Below, one piece after another: positions 31,294 to 40,532 of a stretch of 64,000 bases of DNA. Within the stretch, counting starts at the first letter, position 1, and each line of letters starts with the position of its first letter. The translations under genes and the position numbers were made by a program. The notes beneath the pieces were generated by a model. The model ran no database searches and had not been told where the DNA came from. It saw nothing but the letters and a program-made list of their open reading frames with translations. Source of the stretch: a virus; IMG/VR virus record IMGVR_UViG_3300044730_001993, positions 1 through 64,000 of that record; one strand, written 5' to 3'.

Positions 31294-32127
31294 TCACACC
31301 TCCGCAGGCGGCGTCGTATCGGGCGCAGGAATCGTCACTTCGACGACTTCGCCGACGCGCGGGAACGTGAGCACCAGTTCGCCGCTCTCCTCGTCCCACG
31401 ACACGATCGCCTCGCGACCCATCGACGCCATAACCGACGGGATGGCTCCGCGGAACGTGACGCCCGCGTTCGTCTTCGCTTCGATGAAGTAGCACCCCGA
31501 CGACTTCGTGAGTCGCACGCTCTCACGCGAGCACCCGGCGACCATCACGCGCTCCTCGGTGCGGTCGGCGTACTCATGCACCCTCACCACGGGTCGGAGC
31601 ACCACCTCCGCGGGCGCTGCGGAGCCGCCAGCGGGCGCCTCGCACCGCCCACCGGGGCACGGGCCTCCGGGGCACTTGCTCGCGCCGCACGGGGCCTTCT
31701 TGCCCGTTCGCTTGAACGCATCACGGAACCCCGCGAGCACCATCGGGTCGACACCGAGCGACTCGACGAGGTCGAGCAGTTTCGTCGGGTCGACGTCTGC
31801 GGTCGCGTCGGCGAACGTCTGCACGGTCTTGCGGAGGCTCTTCGCGATCGACTTCGCCCCCGCTTCGGCGACGAGCAGCGCGCACGCCTGCGAGCAGGCG
31901 AGCACGAACTCACGCGGCGTCGAAGCGGCGAGCGCCGCCATCAGGCCGTTCTTCGCCGCGCGGAGCGACTCCTCGGTGCGCAGGCGCTTGCGCTCGTCAC
32001 GTTCGAGGTCGGCGATGCGGTCGGTGAGTTCGTCGAGGTCCGCGAGAACGTCGCCGTAGTCGGTGCCCTCGGCATCGTCGGCGGTCGTATCGTCGGGCGT
32101 GGTTTCGGGGGCGGTGTCGGTGGGCAT
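31294..32127 (-). CDS. Coiled-coil/Cys-linker protein with an Hsp20 (alpha-crystallin)-like C-terminal domain
   Basis: VHEYADRTEERVMVAGCSRESVRL...FRGAIP...GELVLTFPR...EVTI. Confidence 0.45.
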   Translation of the reverse strand: MPTDTAPETTPDDTTADDAEGTDYGDVLADLDELTDRIADLERDERKRLRTEESLRAAKNGLMAALAASTPREFVLACSQACALLVAEAGAKSIAKSLRKTVQTFADATADVDPTKLLDLVESLGVDPMVLAGFRDAFKRTGKKAPCGASKCPGGPCPGGRCEAPAGGSAAPAEVVLRPVVRVHEYADRTEERVMVAGCSRESVRLTKSSGCYFIEAKTNAGVTFRGAIPSVMASMGREAIVSWDEESGELVLTFPRVGEVVEVTIPAPDTTPPAEV

Positions 32128-32243
32128 CTCGGTGGTTCCTCCGCGCTGGTTGCGCGCGAGAGAGGTAATCACCGGGAGGGGGCGTGTCTAGGTACGGCGA
32201 CGCCTCCCCCGCCGTACGTGGCGAGGGAGGCCGTCGGGGTGCG

Positions 32244-34214
32244 TCACTTCGGGTCGGTCACGAGCGATGCGGCGTTCGGGTCGGTGTTCGGGTCGCCCTT
32301 CGCGCGAGCAATGGCCTCGGCGACCTTCTTCGCCTTCTCCGCGGCCTTCTTGCGGGCATCCTCGACGGCCCCGTAGAGCGAGGCGACGCCCTTGATGGCG
32401 TCCTTCTCGCGCTTGTTCAGCGACGCCCACCCGATGCTCGCGAGCTTCATGCACGCGAGGGCCAACGTCTCGTGCTGGTTCCCCTTGTTGTTGAGACCCT
32501 CACCGTACGCGGTGGCGAACCGTGCGCCGAGGGGCTTCTCGGCGAACTGCACGGGGACGCGGGGCGTGCCGCTGCCGGTCACCGCGTCGGGCGACTCGCG
32601 CTCGGTGCGCTCGCCGTTGCCGCCGCCCGAACGTTCGCCGCCGCCCTCGTCGTCGCGATCGTCGACCGTCGAGTTCGACACGTACTCCGCGGAGGCGCGG
32701 CGGGTCGCGATCGCGTCGCGAACGCTCGTGGCGCCCGCGGCGATCATCTCGGCGACGATGCGGCTCACCTCGTCGGGCGAGGCGCCGTTGCGGCACACTT
32801 GCAGGACGGCGTTGATCGAAATCGCGTCGCTGAACACCGCGTCGATCACGTCGGCGTTCTGCATCGAGAGGCGTTGCCACGAGCGCACCACGTTCTCGGT
32901 CCGGTTGACGTGGCGAGCGATCTCGCCGTACGGAGGCGCGGGCGCCTTCGCGTCGTTGCGGTGGGCCTTCGCCCACTCGCCGATGCGGTGCATCGCCATC
33001 GTGTAGAGCCCGCGCTCGCCGATCACCTTGCGCCCGGTGTTTTCGAGCATCACCTCGGCGGTGTACTCGTCGGCGTTCGCGGTGCCACGCCCGCCGCTCA
33101 TCACCCTGAAGTCGGGGCGCCAGTTGGCGCCGAGCGTCTCACGGCGCTCCGCGACCACCGCGCGGAGGGCCTTCACATCGCGGGTGCCCGCGAGGCACTC
33201 CCACACGATCGCCCACCACACGAGGCGCGAGCGCCCGACCTTCGTGTAGACGTTCGTGTCGCCCTTGATCTGAACCACCTTGGGCTCGGTCTGCTGCCCG
33301 TCGATGAGCACCGAGAGCAGCATGTTCAGGTGATGCGCGGCGCGGTAGTGACCGCTCGCGATGAAACCGTCGGTGTCGGCGTAGAGCGCACGGAGCTCCG
33401 AGGCGTCGGACGCGTCGGGGTCGACGAGTCCGCGGGTCGCGTCCGTCGGGGCGACGAACAGCCCGCCCTCGACGCCTTCCGCGACGATCTTGATGTCCTT
33501 CGTAGGGTCCGCGAGGGCCGGAACGCCCTTCGCCACGTTGCCGATGTTGCATGCCTGCTTCGTGATATCCATGTCGTCTTCTCCTGCCCCTTCATACGCT
33601 CCCGCCGTCGGGATTCTTTCATCGACGTGACCGTTTTCTTCTCCGCGCATCACTTCGGCGTACGCGCGCCTCGCGTGAAACAGTCGCGACATCACCGTGC
33701 CCTTCGGGATGCCTTGCTCCGCAGCGATCGCGGTGTACGCCTTGCCGTTCGCCCGCGCGATCAGCACGTCACGGTGGGCGGGCGAGAGCGTGTGGATCGC
33801 CTCGACGACGCGGGCCTCGTGCTCGCGATCCTGCGCGACGGCGCACGGGTCCGTTTCGTCCGCGGTCGTGGGCAACTGCGAGTCGTCGCAGTCGTCGATA
33901 GAAACCGCGAGAGACGCTTTACGATTGCGGCGGTGGTGGTCGATCGCGAGGTTCGCGACGATGCGATAGAGCCACGTCGCGAACGATGCACGACCGTCGA
34001 ACTCGTCGAGGTGACGCCACACGCGGAGAAACGATTCCTGCACGATATCGTGCGTCGCTTCGGCGTCGCGGCACGCCCCGAACGCCATCGCGCGGGCGCG
34101 CGGCGTATGCCTCCTCACCAGTTCCGTGAACGCGGCGCGGTCGCCCGAACGGGCGCGATCCACGAGTTCACGGTCGTACAACGCCCCCTGCGCAGACTCG
34201 GAAACAGCACCCAT
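32244..34214 (-). CDS. ECF RNA polymerase sigma factor in frame with a ParB-like/HTH protein (second start at 33572)
   Basis: Sigma region 2: DIVQESFLRVWRHLDEFDGRASFATWLYRI. Sigma region 4: GIPKGTVMSRLFHAR. Then SVLIDGQQTEPKV...VGRSRL, ENTGRK and HTH YGEIARHVNRTENVV. No stop codon between the two parts. Confidence 0.85.
   Translation of the reverse strand: MGAVSESAQGALYDRELVDRARSGDRAAFTELVRRHTPRARAMAFGACRDAEATHDIVQESFLRVWRHLDEFDGRASFATWLYRIVANLAIDHHRRNRKASLAVSIDDCDDSQLPTTADETDPCAVAQDREHEARVVEAIHTLSPAHRDVLIARANGKAYTAIAAEQGIPKGTVMSRLFHARRAYAEVMRGEENGHVDERIPTAGAYEGAGEDDMDITKQACNIGNVAKGVPALADPTKDIKIVAEGVEGGLFVAPTDATRGLVDPDASDASELRALYADTDGFIASGHYRAAHHLNMLLSVLIDGQQTEPKVVQIKGDTNVYTKVGRSRLVWWAIVWECLAGTRDVKALRAVVAERRETLGANWRPDFRVMSGGRGTANADEYTAEVMLENTGRKVIGERGLYTMAMHRIGEWAKAHRNDAKAPAPPYGEIARHVNRTENVVRSWQRLSMQNADVIDAVFSDAISINAVLQVCRNGASPDEVSRIVAEMIAAGATSVRDAIATRRASAEYVSNSTVDDRDDEGGGERSGGGNGERTERESPDAVTGSGTPRVPVQFAEKPLGARFATAYGEGLNNKGNQHETLALACMKLASIGWASLNKREKDAIKGVASLYGAVEDARKKAAEKAKKVAEAIARAKGDPNTDPNAASLVTDPK
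33591..33622 (-). promoter_or_regulatory. Class-1 element internal to the sigma-ParB ORF
   Basis: TGAAAGAA-15-CGTATGAA, then AGGAG and ATG 33572. Confidence 0.65.
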
Positions 34215-34263
34215 GCGCCGCTTGTCGCACGCATCGTAATACAACGCAACAAAAAGCGTGACG

Positions 34264-34292
34264 TTGACGCGAGCGCCAAACGTAGGCACAAT
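34264..34292 (+). promoter_or_regulatory. Sigma70-like promoter, leaderless
   Basis: TTGACG-17-CACAAT, 7 nt before ATG 34300. Confidence 0.6.
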
Positions 34293-34299
34293 CGCCCGT

Positions 34300-34506
34300 A
34301 TGTCGAAGAAGGTGAAGAAGCCCGCGGTGGCGGTGGTCGAGAGCGAGCGGCCGACGGTGGCGTTGAACCTGCGGATCACGCCGTCGCTCTCGCGTCGCCT
34401 CGACTGCGAGGTGAAGCGTGTGCTAGCGGAGCGTCCGGGTGCGGTGATTTCGAGGTCGGATGCGGTGCGGGAGGCGCTCGCGCGGGTATTGCCCGCGGAG
34501 GCGTAG
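34300..34506 (+). CDS. Ribbon-helix-helix (Arc/CopG-like) regulator, divergent from the sigma gene
   Basis: VALNLRITPSLSRRLD...ISRSDAVREAL. Confidence 0.75.
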   Translation: MSKKVKKPAVAVVESERPTVALNLRITPSLSRRLDCEVKRVLAERPGAVISRSDAVREALARVLPAEA

Positions 34507-34511
34507 GCGGA

Positions 34512-34787
34512 CTACTGCGCGGCGGCGGGCTGCACGGGCGCGGGCACGGCGTTGCGCGTGATCTTGCCCGTCGCGAGGTCGAGGCGGTCGGCTTCGGTGA
34601 GGGCGTACTTGTGCCCGAGCATCGCGTTGATGCTCTGCTGGTGCTGCGACGCGGCGTCGGCCTCGACCTTCGCTGCGGCAAGCGCGTGCGATGCGGCGAG
34701 GGCGCGGTAGTGCGCCTCGCCGAACAGCGCACGGTCGTTCGGCGAGAGGGTGTCGGGGGGAGTGGGAACGTTCGGTTGATCGGACAT
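34512..34787 (-). CDS. Small helical protein downstream of a virion protein (possible assembly chaperone)
   Basis: Gene position, plus a GGAGG Shine-Dalgarno. C-terminal KY...RLDLATGKI. Confidence 0.5.
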   Translation of the reverse strand: MSDQPNVPTPPDTLSPNDRALFGEAHYRALAASHALAAAKVEADAASQHQQSINAMLGHKYALTEADRLDLATGKITRNAVPAPVQPAAAQ

Positions 34788-34839
34788 GAATACCTCCGCG
34801 CCGTTGTACGCCGCGGCGCGGAGGTTATTCAAGCGGCGA

Positions 34840-36354
34840 TCACGCGGCGGGGTTGATGACGAGGAACGCGATCGCGTAGTTCGTCGCGCCGGGGGCGCCG
34901 GAGAGTTCGATCGTGATCGTGTCCAGCGTGGGCACCGCCCGACGGATGTTCACGGAGTTCGACGTTGCGGTCTGCATGTTCACGAAGATGAGCGACGACG
35001 TGGTGACGAGGGTGTTCGAGATCGTGAGCGTGGTCGCTGCATCATCGGTGAATGTCACCACGCCGCTCGTCGCGTTCAGCGTCGCGCTGGTTACGCCCGT
35101 CGCGGTGCTGCTCCATGCGACGATGCCCGAGAGCGCGCCCGAACCGACTCGCTCGACACCGAGTACCGTGAGGGTGTCACCGGAGTCACGGAGCATCGTG
35201 CGCCCCGCTCCGCGAGGGCGCAGGGAGAGCGATACGTCAGCGCTGCCGGTCGCCGCGGCGTAAGGCGCGATCGACACGCCGCTCGTGACCGCTGCGGCGT
35301 TCGTGGCGGGGAGCACTTCGAGGCCGTTGAGGAGCGCCGCCGCCGCCGAAGGCGCTCGCGTGCGGATGCCGACCGACGCGAGGGTGCCCGCGAACGCGGG
35401 CACGATATCGACGCGCCCCTGCTCCGCACCGGGCGTCGCGACGGCCATGCCGCCCGAGACCTTGCCCATCGCCACGGGCGCCCCACCAGCGGGGAGTTCG
35501 ACCTGAAACGCGATGGCAGTTCCGAAACCCGCCGCCGTCGTGCCCGACGACAGATGATTCAGGACCAGCACGTTCGTGTCCGTGTTCGTCTCCGCGTCGG
35601 TGCCGATGTACCCGAAACCGTCGGTCTGCATCCGCGCGGCGAGCACGCCACCGAGCGAGAACGCGATCGTCGTGGCGTCGAAACGGTACGCTCCCGTTCC
35701 GGGTGACGCGGCGAACGACCACGACGGCTGCGCGTCGGTGCCGTTCTGCGCGTAGATGCTCGCGGAGAACGTCGGCGTCGCGCCGAGGATCACTTCGGTC
35801 GCCGACTTCGCGACGCCGATCTTCTGCACCACGGCGCCCGCGGTCGTCGGAGCGGTCGTCGTGGCCGTGCCCGCGGTCTCCGAGAGGTACACCGTCGCGC
35901 CGGGGGTGAACGCCCCGCCGCCAGTGATCGTGGCGCACTCGCCGAACTCGCGGACGACGCACGTCAGGGTGTCGATCACGTCGACCACGACGCCGAACGC
36001 GGGGAGCGTACCGTCGGAGGCGTCGGCGAGCACGACCGAGTTCGGGTTGATGCCCTTCGCGACGAGGTTTCCGACCGCGACGAGACTCGCCGTGTTCGAG
36101 AAGATCCCATCCACGCCGTCGACACCGCCCGACCCCGAGGAGAGCAGGACGATGCGGTTGCCCGAGAGGTACGTGCCGGTCGACCCCTTGTAGTAGAGGG
36201 CGTCGTTTTCGTCGACGAAGACGAGCGTGCCGCGGAGCATCTGGTTGAACTGCGCGATGAGGGCGGCGCTGGCGCCTTCCTTGCCGGGAACTTGCGCCTC
36301 CGTGTCGACGTAGACGTTGAATGGGGATTGCGGACGCATTGAGGGGAGTGCCAT
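34840..36354 (-). CDS. Putative virion structural/fibre protein
   Basis: A/G/T-rich beta sequence. VVLADAS...AFGVV...FTPGATVYLSETAG...VQKIGVAKSAT module, typical of phage virion proteins. Confidence 0.7.
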   Translation of the reverse strand: MALPSMRPQSPFNVYVDTEAQVPGKEGASAALIAQFNQMLRGTLVFVDENDALYYKGSTGTYLSGNRIVLLSSGSGGVDGVDGIFSNTASLVAVGNLVAKGINPNSVVLADASDGTLPAFGVVVDVIDTLTCVVREFGECATITGGGAFTPGATVYLSETAGTATTTAPTTAGAVVQKIGVAKSATEVILGATPTFSASIYAQNGTDAQPSWSFAASPGTGAYRFDATTIAFSLGGVLAARMQTDGFGYIGTDAETNTDTNVLVLNHLSSGTTAAGFGTAIAFQVELPAGGAPVAMGKVSGGMAVATPGAEQGRVDIVPAFAGTLASVGIRTRAPSAAAALLNGLEVLPATNAAAVTSGVSIAPYAAATGSADVSLSLRPRGAGRTMLRDSGDTLTVLGVERVGSGALSGIVAWSSTATGVTSATLNATSGVVTFTDDAATTLTISNTLVTTSSLIFVNMQTATSNSVNIRRAVPTLDTITIELSGAPGATNYAIAFLVINPAA

Positions 36355-36693
36355 ACGCGCGACGATACACCGCGAATTTGGCAAACGTCAACGTGCAACC
36401 GTGCTTGTACGGTCGCGGCGACGCTGTTCTTCTCAGCCGCGCGTCGATTTCTTCGGCGGGTTCAGAAGTGCGGGCGGCACCATCCCGAGCGCCGACTTCG
36501 CGCGCTCGACGGCGTCACGCATTGAGCCGACGAAAACCTGCCCCGCGTCGAGCACGGTTTCGGCGGTGGCGACGTGATGTTCGACCTCGCGGATCGCGTT
36601 GGGGATCGCCTTGCGGGCACGATCGACGGTGCGCATGAGTTGCTTCGGGTTCATGCGAGCGATAGTACGCACCGCGACGGCGCGAGGCAACCG

Positions 36694-37458
36694 CTAGGCC
36701 AGCGCCTTGCGGTACTTCAACACCATGCGCGCGGCGGCATCTGGGGTGAGCGCGGGCAACTTGCGCCCGTCGAGCACCGGCCACACGCGAGCGATCTTGC
36801 TCAGACGATTGCCGATGTACGGGCCATCGGGGCGGTCGAATCCTACCTCCGCCGTCTGGTGGTACGAGTCCGCGTCGGTGAAACGTACGCCGTAGGCCAC
36901 GTTGTGCAACTCGACGACGAAACTCGTGGCGCCGTAACGTTTTCGGTTGCGCTCGCGGACCTTCGCCGTCTCGGCTTCGACCTTGCGCAACCACGGGCGC
37001 TGCATCTTGTCGTACGCCGCCGACGCGCTCTTGATCGCACGTTCGAGGCGTTCCACGGCGTCGCGAACGGCCTTCGGGTGCGACCACGGGGTGTAATCGT
37101 GCGGGTCGATGCCGTGGCGGTCGTACAGCGCCTTGAGCGCGGTGTGGGCCTCCCGTTCCTGCGCATCGAGGTCGCGGAGCATCGCGCGGGCGGCGTCGTA
37201 CTTCGGGTCCGTGCTCACCGCCCGCAGCGTGTCTTCGCCCTGCGAGAGCACGTCTTCGACGCTGGTCTCGCCGAAAAACACCATATCGCGCCCGTCGCCG
37301 GAAAACGTGTTGCCGCGCCCCGTGATGCGCCCCGTCGCGAAAATGTCCGCGAGTTCGTCGGGCGACACGCTGCGGTACAGGACGGGCGACACGCCGTCGA
37401 TGTTCTCGACGCCGTTGCGCGTGTACGGGCGGCGACGTTTGCGGGGCGAACGCTTCAC
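36694..37458 (-). CDS. Putative ADP-ribosyltransferase-fold protein with RRPYTRNG leader
   Basis: VLYRSVSPDELADIFATGRI...MVFFGET...YGATSFVVEL...AEV, with a coiled-coil insertion. Confidence 0.45.
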   Translation of the reverse strand: MKRSPRKRRRPYTRNGVENIDGVSPVLYRSVSPDELADIFATGRITGRGNTFSGDGRDMVFFGETSVEDVLSQGEDTLRAVSTDPKYDAARAMLRDLDAQEREAHTALKALYDRHGIDPHDYTPWSHPKAVRDAVERLERAIKSASAAYDKMQRPWLRKVEAETAKVRERNRKRYGATSFVVELHNVAYGVRFTDADSYHQTAEVGFDRPDGPYIGNRLSKIARVWPVLDGRKLPALTPDAAARMVLKYRKALA

Positions 37459-37943
37459 GCGATCCTCGGCCTCGGAGCGCGGGCGATGCCCTGCGCGTAC
37501 GCCTCGCGGGCGCGCTTGTCGGAGTCGGCGCCAGACAGGATGTACCCCAGACCGAACCCTGCGGCGATGCCGAGCACGGTGACGATCCCCGGAACGCCGC
37601 GCGTCGGGCACGGGACGGGGTCGCCAGCGGCGGGGATCGTGCGAGGGGCGTACGTGAAGAGGAGGGCAGCGTTCGCGTTCACGGCGTCACGATACACGGG
37701 TCGCGGCGGCGTGTCACGCGTCGGGCGCGAGTCCGTACGTGCGGAGCCTCGCCACGCTGCGCAGGCGCCAGTTCTGCGAGTCCGAACGCACGGCACGGAG
37801 GTAGCGACGGAGCGCCCGGTTCGCCTCGACGACGGCCCGCTGCGCCTCCTCGGTGGGCGCGTCGGGCTCGCGTCGGCGTCGCTTCTGGAGTCGGCGGCGT
37901 AGGGCGTTCACGCCATATTCTACGACGCGAGGCGCGAGAATCT

Positions 37944-38555
37944 TTACCGGCGCGAACCGAAAACCACCGCGAGGGCTGCGGCGAGGGCGACGCCACCGAC
38001 GACGTACGCCACCGTGTTCCCCGTCGCTTCGGGCGCAGCGGACCACGCCGCGAGGGCGGAGCGGACGCGAGCACGCATCACGTCGGCGGGCCACGTTCTC
38101 GCATCCGGGGAAAGCTCAAAATGGACGTGATCGCGGTGGTCCTGGCTCCCGGTGTACCGATCCCACCGCGGGCCGTTGCGCGAAGCGGACCACTCGTACA
38201 TCGACCACAGAACGTACTGGATGCCGAGGTACTCCGCGTTGCGCACGAGAAAATTCGCGAGCGCGTCGCCGTTCGCGGGGCGGTTCGCGTTGTTGACGAC
38301 CATCGCGTCAATGGCGTTGCCCTCCAAATGCGCGTCGTGACCGCCGTTCCGACGATCGGACGGACGAACCATCCCACCCGACGAAATACCGGGCCACGCG
38401 CGAACGATTTCTTCTTTGAGCGCCACGAGCGCGGGCGTCGGTGACCATTGCTCACCGGGCGGGACGTTGACCGCGAAGCGATACGGGACTTGCGCCCGCT
38501 CGCCCGCTGCTCGGGTAGCGGCGTCGGGAACCCATACGTGCGTGGATGCGCTCAC
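37944..38555 (-). CDS. Peptidase M15-fold (endolysin-like) protein with a C-terminal TM anchor
   Basis: Zn motifs HLEGNAID (Hx6D) and HRDHVHF. C-terminal VAYVVGGVALAAALAVVF. Confidence 0.7.
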   Translation of the reverse strand: MSASTHVWVPDAATRAAGERAQVPYRFAVNVPPGEQWSPTPALVALKEEIVRAWPGISSGGMVRPSDRRNGGHDAHLEGNAIDAMVVNNANRPANGDALANFLVRNAEYLGIQYVLWSMYEWSASRNGPRWDRYTGSQDHRDHVHFELSPDARTWPADVMRARVRSALAAWSAAPEATGNTVAYVVGGVALAAALAVVFGSRR

Positions 38556-39559
38556 GCGCCGACGATACACGGAACGTTCGCGGGAGGCTACGCCCGAACG
38601 TACCGCATGAGTTCCGTCGCCCGCCCGTCGCGATGCTCGACGAGGCGCACGCCGTCGAACAACCGCCACAACGGCGTCGTCGTGTACCCGAACACAACGT
38701 ACTCGCGGTTGTCGAGCACCTCGACGTAGCGTCGAAACAGCCCGTACACGAGCGCGCGAAAGGCATCCTCGCCAGTGTAGAACCGATACTCTAAGTGCTC
38801 GGCGTCGCCGCTAAATCGGTATCGGTTGTAGCCGCTGCGCTCCAGCACCCAACAGTTGCCGCCCGCGTGGTGGAACTCCAGCGAGAAGCGCATCCACTTC
38901 GGGTGTCTCCCGGTGCGCCTCACTTCCCCTCCGCGAACTTGCGGAGTTGCTCCGCGGCGTCGTCGTACTGGCCGTTCTGCATCGCTTGAAGAATCTGCGC
39001 GATGCGCGTGAACGGCACGGCGGCGCGGGCACCGTACACCATCTGCGCGCTCGACTGCGCGCTGCACGCCGCAACGTGCAGCATGTGCAGCGTCGTGTTC
39101 AGGAACTCACTGCACGGCATTGCCTTCTCGGTGCTCACTTCTCGCCTCCCTGCGTCGCCTTCAACCGCTCCGCCGCCAGCATGGCGACCTCCTGCTTCGC
39201 ATCGACGATGCGCGCGAGTCGCGCCGTCTCCTCGTCGTACAGCCGCGCCGCCTCGCGCATCGCTTCGCCGCGGCCCAACTTGTGAGCGTGGCGGTTCGTG
39301 CGCGCGACGGACAACGCGGCGAGCGCGGCGACGTACTGCGTCTCGGCGTCGGCGGTGCTCACCTCGACGTGCGAGAGCGAAACGCTCCCGACGCAGCCGA
39401 CGATCCACACGGAGACGTGGCCCGACATCACCGCGGCGGGCGCGCGTGTCGGCGCCTCGCCCGTCGGAGCGCCCTCGCGCGGCCCGTTCCAGTACCGAAC
39501 GACGGTGCCGACGGGGTGCGCCGCGTTCCATGCGTCGGCGGCGCGTGTCTCCGCGGCGC

Positions 39560-40009
39560 TCACGCCACCACCGCGTCGTCGCGCGTGACGGTGAGCGCGC
39601 GGTCGTTGAGCCCCGCCCTCGACGCGAGGCCACGCGAGGCGTCACGGAGCGACTCGGCGTCGCTCGCGAGTGACTCGATCTCCGAAGAGTCGAGCACGGC
39701 GCCGGGTGCGATCGCCACGTTCACCTTCTCAGCGGTGTACATCCGCGAGCCGCGATCTTCGTCGACCTCGCACAGTTCGCACACGATCGTAACGCTCTCG
39801 ACGCACGGGAACGCCGCGAGGATCGCGCGCGCCGCCTCGGTGAGATTGTCGAGCGCCTCGCGCTCCTGCGCCTGAGCGTGCGAGAGTTCGATGCGCGCGA
39901 GCATCGCTTCGGCGGCGGCGTCCTGTTCGGGCGTGGGTTCGTCGGAAGCGTACTCGTCGCCGCCGAAGCTATCGGGGCCGATCGCGTCGTCGTAGCGGGT
40001 GGGGTTCAT
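39560..40009 (-). CDS. Acidic hypothetical protein
   Basis: ATG 4 nt after the class-1 promoter at 40014-40060. Confidence 0.6.
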   Translation of the reverse strand: MNPTRYDDAIGPDSFGGDEYASDEPTPEQDAAAEAMLARIELSHAQAQEREALDNLTEAARAILAAFPCVESVTIVCELCEVDEDRGSRMYTAEKVNVAIAPGAVLDSSEIESLASDAESLRDASRGLASRAGLNDRALTVTRDDAVVA

Positions 40010-40013
40010 GCCC

Positions 40014-40060
40014 CTAGTACGACGGGCGGTCGCGGTTTCTTTACGACCGCCCGCCGATTT
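40014..40060 (-). promoter_or_regulatory. Class-1 element
   Basis: AAATCGG-8-CGTAAAGAA-15-CGTACTAG. Confidence 0.75.
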
Positions 40061-40532
40061 CGGGAGCGCGATCAGCGCGAGGCGGCGGGGGCTTCGATGC
40101 CCCAGCCCACGGCGGCGGTCGAGGCGGGGGACTCGGTGCCCCATCCGAAGGCCAGCGCGAGGGAGAGTAGGATCGTGGTGAACATCGTGATGGCTCCTTG
40201 CGTGGTCGCCGACGTGGCGACGCACCGGGGGCACCCTACTCACGCAGCGGGGGCCAGCGCAAGGGGAAACTACACATCGCGCAGCGATACCCCGATGTAC
40301 CTCGCCACGGCACGCCGAACGTCCTCTCGCAGTTCGTCGATCGTCTCGCCGTCCCGCGCGGGGCTCGCAATGTACTCGGCGCACGCACGCAGCGACTCGT
40401 CGCGCGTTTGCGCGGGCAGGCTCATCCAGTCGGTCGGAGGCGGAAGTCCAATCGCAGAGGCGATATGGCAGTCGACGCCGACCATTGCCTTCGCAGCCAT
40501 TTCGGCGATGTCATTCTCGTTCATTTTTCCTC

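Noticed and set aside
32184-34856. 890-aa plus-strand ORF
   Set aside because: Antisense shadow of the sigma-ParB gene. R/V/A/G-rich with no motifs, as expected at this GC content.
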